A model generated the notes under the pieces. The model worked only from the letters and a program-made list of their open reading frames with translations, was not told the DNA's origin and searched no databases. From assembly GCA_035438625.1 (NCBI GenBank), contig DAORIS010000002.1, forward strand, positions 34,832 to 98,831: a stretch of DNA of 64,000 bases. Direction: 5' to 3'. This document shows, piece after piece, positions 60,309-64,000 of the stretch. Each line of letters opens with the position of its first letter. Position 1 is the stretch's first letter. This stretch comes from Minisyncoccota bacterium (lineage in GTDB: Bacteria > Patescibacteriota > Minisyncoccia > Phycocordibacterales > DAORIS01). Position numbers and translations under genes: made by a program.

Positions 60309-61562
60309 ATGAGATCAGTCTTTTTATCCCTCCCAAAGCCTCTAAAAAAACTGCTCTTGCGAATATATGAGGATATCTGGACACTCGTATGTCTTTTTCG
60401 GTCTGGAGTATACACAACAGGAAAAAAATCTACTCCGCACACAAAACCTCGTATTTTATTTTTTCACCCAACAGCACTCCGGTTTGGCGGCACTGAAAAA
60501 TTACTCCAAGGACTTGCCAGACACTTCAACCCTGACAAATACGATGTGTATTTTATGTATGGAACTGAAACCGATTCAGAGCAGATACAAAATGCACAAG
60601 ATCGAAAGACATATGTTTCCCAAAACTCTTCGGTGACCTTTATTCCTTTTTCATATTCCACAATCGAGAAAAAATTTCCTTTCTTTATCAAGGACATGAA
60701 ACCAGACCTTCGAGGAGTCATTTCTACATATGAAATCAATGTACTGGTAGTCGCATGCTCTGGACACTCTCAATTCCCACATAATGTTGTTCGATCTATT
60801 CCGATCATTATTTTTAATATTTTTGGCTCACCAACTGCACAACCAAATGTAATTAAACACCTTTGTGTGTCTCATGAAGTAGGGAGCAAGGCTCTACGAG
60901 TAACAGACAGTTCTAGTGTTGGAGTTTTTTATAACCCATCCGAAGAACCTGATACCCGGGCAACAGAAAGAGGATTAGAGCTACGAAAAAAATTAGGTAT
61001 TCCAGATAATGCCACAGTATTTGGAAGAATCGGCCGTGCAGATAATGCTATTTTTGACCCAATTGGTATCAATGCATTTGAACAGTTAGTTCATACATAT
61101 CCTGAGGCGCATTACATAATTATGGCAACCCCACCAATCCTTCGAGATATCGTTAGAGATCGAAATATTCCAAACGTACATTTCATAGAACCTAGCGCAA
61201 AAGAAGATGACATCTGGGCATTTCACAAAGCTATTGATGTGCTTGCGCACTTTCGAGCAGACGGTGAATCTTGTGGGTTAAATATCATCGAAGCAATGAT
61301 GGCTGGTCGTCCAGTTATTTCTCACAAGACAAACATGTGGAACGCACACCTCGAATACCTTGATACCACTTTTAGTCGAATTGCAGAGCAACACGACTGG
61401 AAAACATATCTCACACACATGAAAGAATTTGTTGAGTTACATCGAGCGGGAACATTGATATCTTTAGGAAACGCAGCAAGTAGTAAGGCACTCGACATGT
61501 TTTTGTTCAAGAAAAAGGCTCAGGAGTTTGAAAAGATAGTTGATACCGTATTAAAGAAATAG
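60309..61562 (+). CDS. Glycosyltransferase family 4
   Basis: GGTEK, GRIGR, GESCGLNIIEAM. Confidence 0.85.
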   Translation: MRSVFLSLPKPLKKLLLRIYEDIWTLVCLFRSGVYTTGKKSTPHTKPRILFFHPTALRFGGTEKLLQGLARHFNPDKYDVYFMYGTETDSEQIQNAQDRKTYVSQNSSVTFIPFSYSTIEKKFPFFIKDMKPDLRGVISTYEINVLVVACSGHSQFPHNVVRSIPIIIFNIFGSPTAQPNVIKHLCVSHEVGSKALRVTDSSSVGVFYNPSEEPDTRATERGLELRKKLGIPDNATVFGRIGRADNAIFDPIGINAFEQLVHTYPEAHYIIMATPPILRDIVRDRNIPNVHFIEPSAKEDDIWAFHKAIDVLAHFRADGESCGLNIIEAMMAGRPVISHKTNMWNAHLEYLDTTFSRIAEQHDWKTYLTHMKEFVELHRAGTLISLGNAASSKALDMFLFKKKAQEFEKIVDTVLKK

Positions 61563-61580
61563 ATTATAATTCGTACATTC

Positions 61581-62444
61581 ATGAAACAATTCCTTCGAAA
61601 ATTTGTCCTCTCAACCTTTGGAAAATCAGTGTTATTGCTTCCCCACTCACTTACTAATCAATCACAACCAACAGCGGCAAAATCAGTCCATGGATTTTGG
61701 TACGTAGGTAACGTATTTAATACAAGTTCAATTGCCTATGGAGTAGCCAAGAACGGAGAGGTTGAGAAAGAAGAGGTAGCTGTTGCAATTTCAGTTCTAA
61801 AACAACTACCACCAAATTTCTCCTTCGTAGATATTGGAGCACACACTGGGTACTACAGCATTCTTGCATCAACACTTTTTCCACAGTCAAAGATCACCGC
61901 AATTGAGCCAGGTAAAGAATTCATTGAGGAATTCAAGATGAGTGTTGATCTAAACAAGATTACAAACATTTCAATACTGGAAGTGGCAGCTGGAAAAGAG
62001 AGTGGGGCCGGCACACTCCACATGCAAGGATCTGGTAGCAGCCTCTCTCCATGGTTTAAGAGTGAAACATCAACTGAAGCACGAACCGTACAAATTAAAA
62101 CACTCGACGAACTATTCCACAGTAAACAGCCAGTAGATTTTATTAAAATAGACGCTGAAGGCTTTGAGTATGAAATCCTTCAAGGTGCAAAATCTCTACT
62201 CTCTTCTGAAAAACCACTACTATATGTAGAAGTTGGCGGAGATCTTTCGGTACTAGATAGAAAATCAACTAACCCACACTTTAGCCAGACCTTTGAATAT
62301 ATGAAGTCTCTTGGATACACCGCATACGAATTCGAAAGTGGAAAAGGTCAAAAAGTGAATCCAACTAATCCGTGGAGTGGTATTCGAATGTGTCTTTTTA
62401 CTCACAATGAAAAGCACAGAGACGTTGCAAGAAACATTTCATGA
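61581..62444 (+). CDS. FkbM-family methyltransferase
   Basis: DIGAHTGYY, AIEP, IKIDAEGFE. Confidence 0.9.
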   Translation: MKQFLRKFVLSTFGKSVLLLPHSLTNQSQPTAAKSVHGFWYVGNVFNTSSIAYGVAKNGEVEKEEVAVAISVLKQLPPNFSFVDIGAHTGYYSILASTLFPQSKITAIEPGKEFIEEFKMSVDLNKITNISILEVAAGKESGAGTLHMQGSGSSLSPWFKSETSTEARTVQIKTLDELFHSKQPVDFIKIDAEGFEYEILQGAKSLLSSEKPLLYVEVGGDLSVLDRKSTNPHFSQTFEYMKSLGYTAYEFESGKGQKVNPTNPWSGIRMCLFTHNEKHRDVARNIS

Positions 62445-63355
62445 TTACTATTTTAACCAGACCTCCTACCCTATCAATTCTTACTATTAAAGAATTGGCT
62501 GCTGAAATTCTGGGTAGAACTCGGGGACCTAGAGCTGTTGTTGAGAGCTTAAAGCGAGGACTCACAGAAATTGGAAGCGAATTCGCTGTTAATTCTCTTG
62601 GTGTAACTGATACCACCCATGTCATTAGCGGCGCCACAACTTTAAAGTACGCAATTAACAAAAAGCGTCAGGGAAAAATCAAAAAACTAATTGCAGGACC
62701 AGTAATTAGTATCACTCCAACTGATCACGACAGTATTATTTTGTCCCCCGAGATCGACCTCATTTTGTTTCCATCTCAATGGACAAAGGATTTCTTTGTT
62801 CACCAATCCCCCTCGCTTGCCGACAAGATTAAGATTTGGCCAGCAGGTACCACAATATCTAATGACGTATCTCCACGCTCTCACAAACGTGCACTATTGT
62901 TTATAAAAAACCAAGATATTGTTACAGAAGCACGAGTTACTAAAGAACTTATACAGCTGGGCTACCAAGTCGTTCGTATGGAGTATGGAACTTTTGGCCA
63001 GAAAGAATACTTCAAAAACCTCTTAACATGCAGTTGCATGGTGTATATGAGTTTTTCTGAAAGCCAAGGACTAGCAATACAAGAGGCGTGGATGCGCGAC
63101 GTGCCTACACTTGTATACAACCGAGGTTTTTGGCAAAGCGGAACTGACATCTGGAAAGACTCAAGAATATCTGCACCATACCTCGACGCACGTGCTGGCA
63201 TGTTCTTTTCTCCCGATGAAAACATTGAGATGGACACTCGAACGTTTATTGAAAAACTTCCCTCTTACACACCACGAGTGCGGGCACTCGAACTGTCAGA
63301 CGAAGCATGTGCCAAAAAATATATTGATATAATTAGTTCCAATGAAGCTGCGTAA
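62441..63355 (+). CDS. GT-B (GT4-like) glycosyltransferase
   Basis: PSQW, ESQGLAIQEAW. Confidence 0.7.
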   Translation: MITILTRPPTLSILTIKELAAEILGRTRGPRAVVESLKRGLTEIGSEFAVNSLGVTDTTHVISGATTLKYAINKKRQGKIKKLIAGPVISITPTDHDSIILSPEIDLILFPSQWTKDFFVHQSPSLADKIKIWPAGTTISNDVSPRSHKRALLFIKNQDIVTEARVTKELIQLGYQVVRMEYGTFGQKEYFKNLLTCSCMVYMSFSESQGLAIQEAWMRDVPTLVYNRGFWQSGTDIWKDSRISAPYLDARAGMFFSPDENIEMDTRTFIEKLPSYTPRVRALELSDEACAKKYIDIISSNEAA

Positions 63356-64000
63356 CCTCCTTACTCCCTCTCGATATTTTGAATTTGCACTCCGCATTCT
63401 TGCTGGAGGACAGATTACGTATAGCCAACTCGGTGAAGATCTGATTCTTAAACATTTGATGCACGGACAAAAGAGCGGTACGTATATTGATATTGGCGCA
63501 AATAATCCACGCTTTTTAAGTAACACGTATCTCTTTTACAAAATGGGCTGGAAGGGACTATGTGTTGATCCAAATCCTTCCAAAATTAATGCTCACAAAA
63601 TTTTCAGACCAAAAGATATTGCTGTCATTTGTGGCGCAGGACCCAAGGGAACACTTACGTACTACCTATATTCTGACGACGGATTAAACACATCTTCGGA
63701 AGAGACTATGGAGTCGTACGCAAAAAAAGGGATACAGCCGATCAAAAAAATCGAAACTTCACTCTTCCCTCTTCACGAGCTTGCAAAGGCACACCTGCCT
63801 CACCTGCCAATAGATATTCTCTCACTTGATACTGAAGGAAATGACATGGCGATCCTCACATCAAATGACTGGTCAGTGTGCTCGCCTCGATACATAATTC
63901 TTGAGACACTTGAATACTCTCCAACAGGACTAGGCGCCAAACTCAATCCTATGTATGATCCATATTTAGTATCGCTTGGATACACCCCAATTGCTGAAAC
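63342..64000 (+). CDS. FkbM-family methyltransferase (3'-truncated by window edge)
   Basis: Not in the ORF track. Reads MKLRNLL...YSQLGED...YIDIGANNP...GWKGLCVDPN...LSLDTEG. Confidence 0.88.
   Translation, partial: MKLRNLLTPSRYFEFALRILAGGQITYSQLGEDLILKHLMHGQKSGTYIDIGANNPRFLSNTYLFYKMGWKGLCVDPNPSKINAHKIFRPKDIAVICGAGPKGTLTYYLYSDDGLNTSSEETMESYAKKGIQPIKKIETSLFPLHELAKAHLPHLPIDILSLDTEGNDMAILTSNDWSVCSPRYIILETLEYSPTGLGAKLNPMYDPYLVSLGYTPIAE

Overview
Gene-dense bacterial chromosome segment, standard genetic code. It most resembles a Patescibacteria/CPR (Parcubacteria-like) genome; this is inferred from gene content and architecture, not from a database search. Housekeeping genes: ftsA, ftsZ, trxB, msrA, msrB, tsaD, valS, lepA, murJ, gatB, obgE, gpmI, eno, secA, murB. 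RNA genes: six tRNAs (Ser-CGA, Glu-TTC, Val-GAC, Phe-GAA, Arg-CCT, Gly-CCC) and RNase P RNA. Other blocks: a three-gene flavinylation module, a 1203-aa S74 tail-fibre-like surface protein next to a peptidoglycan-binding glycoside-hydrolase-like protein, a stand-alone PEP-CTERM gene, and a >16 kb surface-glycan cluster running off the right edge. The least explained signals are mostly non-coding or small. (i) Upstream of murB, a promoter/terminator-bounded ~75-nt RNA has two segments complementary to the loop of a 15-bp-stem hairpin forming the murB leader. (ii) An HTH + LAGLIDADG-like gene reads through the 5' half of tRNA-Arg. (iii) An unannotated structured RNA lies between tRNA-Glu and msrA. 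(iv) A 49-aa basic peptide has its own promoter, SD and terminator. (v) Many housekeeping genes look leaderless, while stand-alone accessory genes carry an SD. No CRISPR array, rRNA, integrase or transposase was seen.
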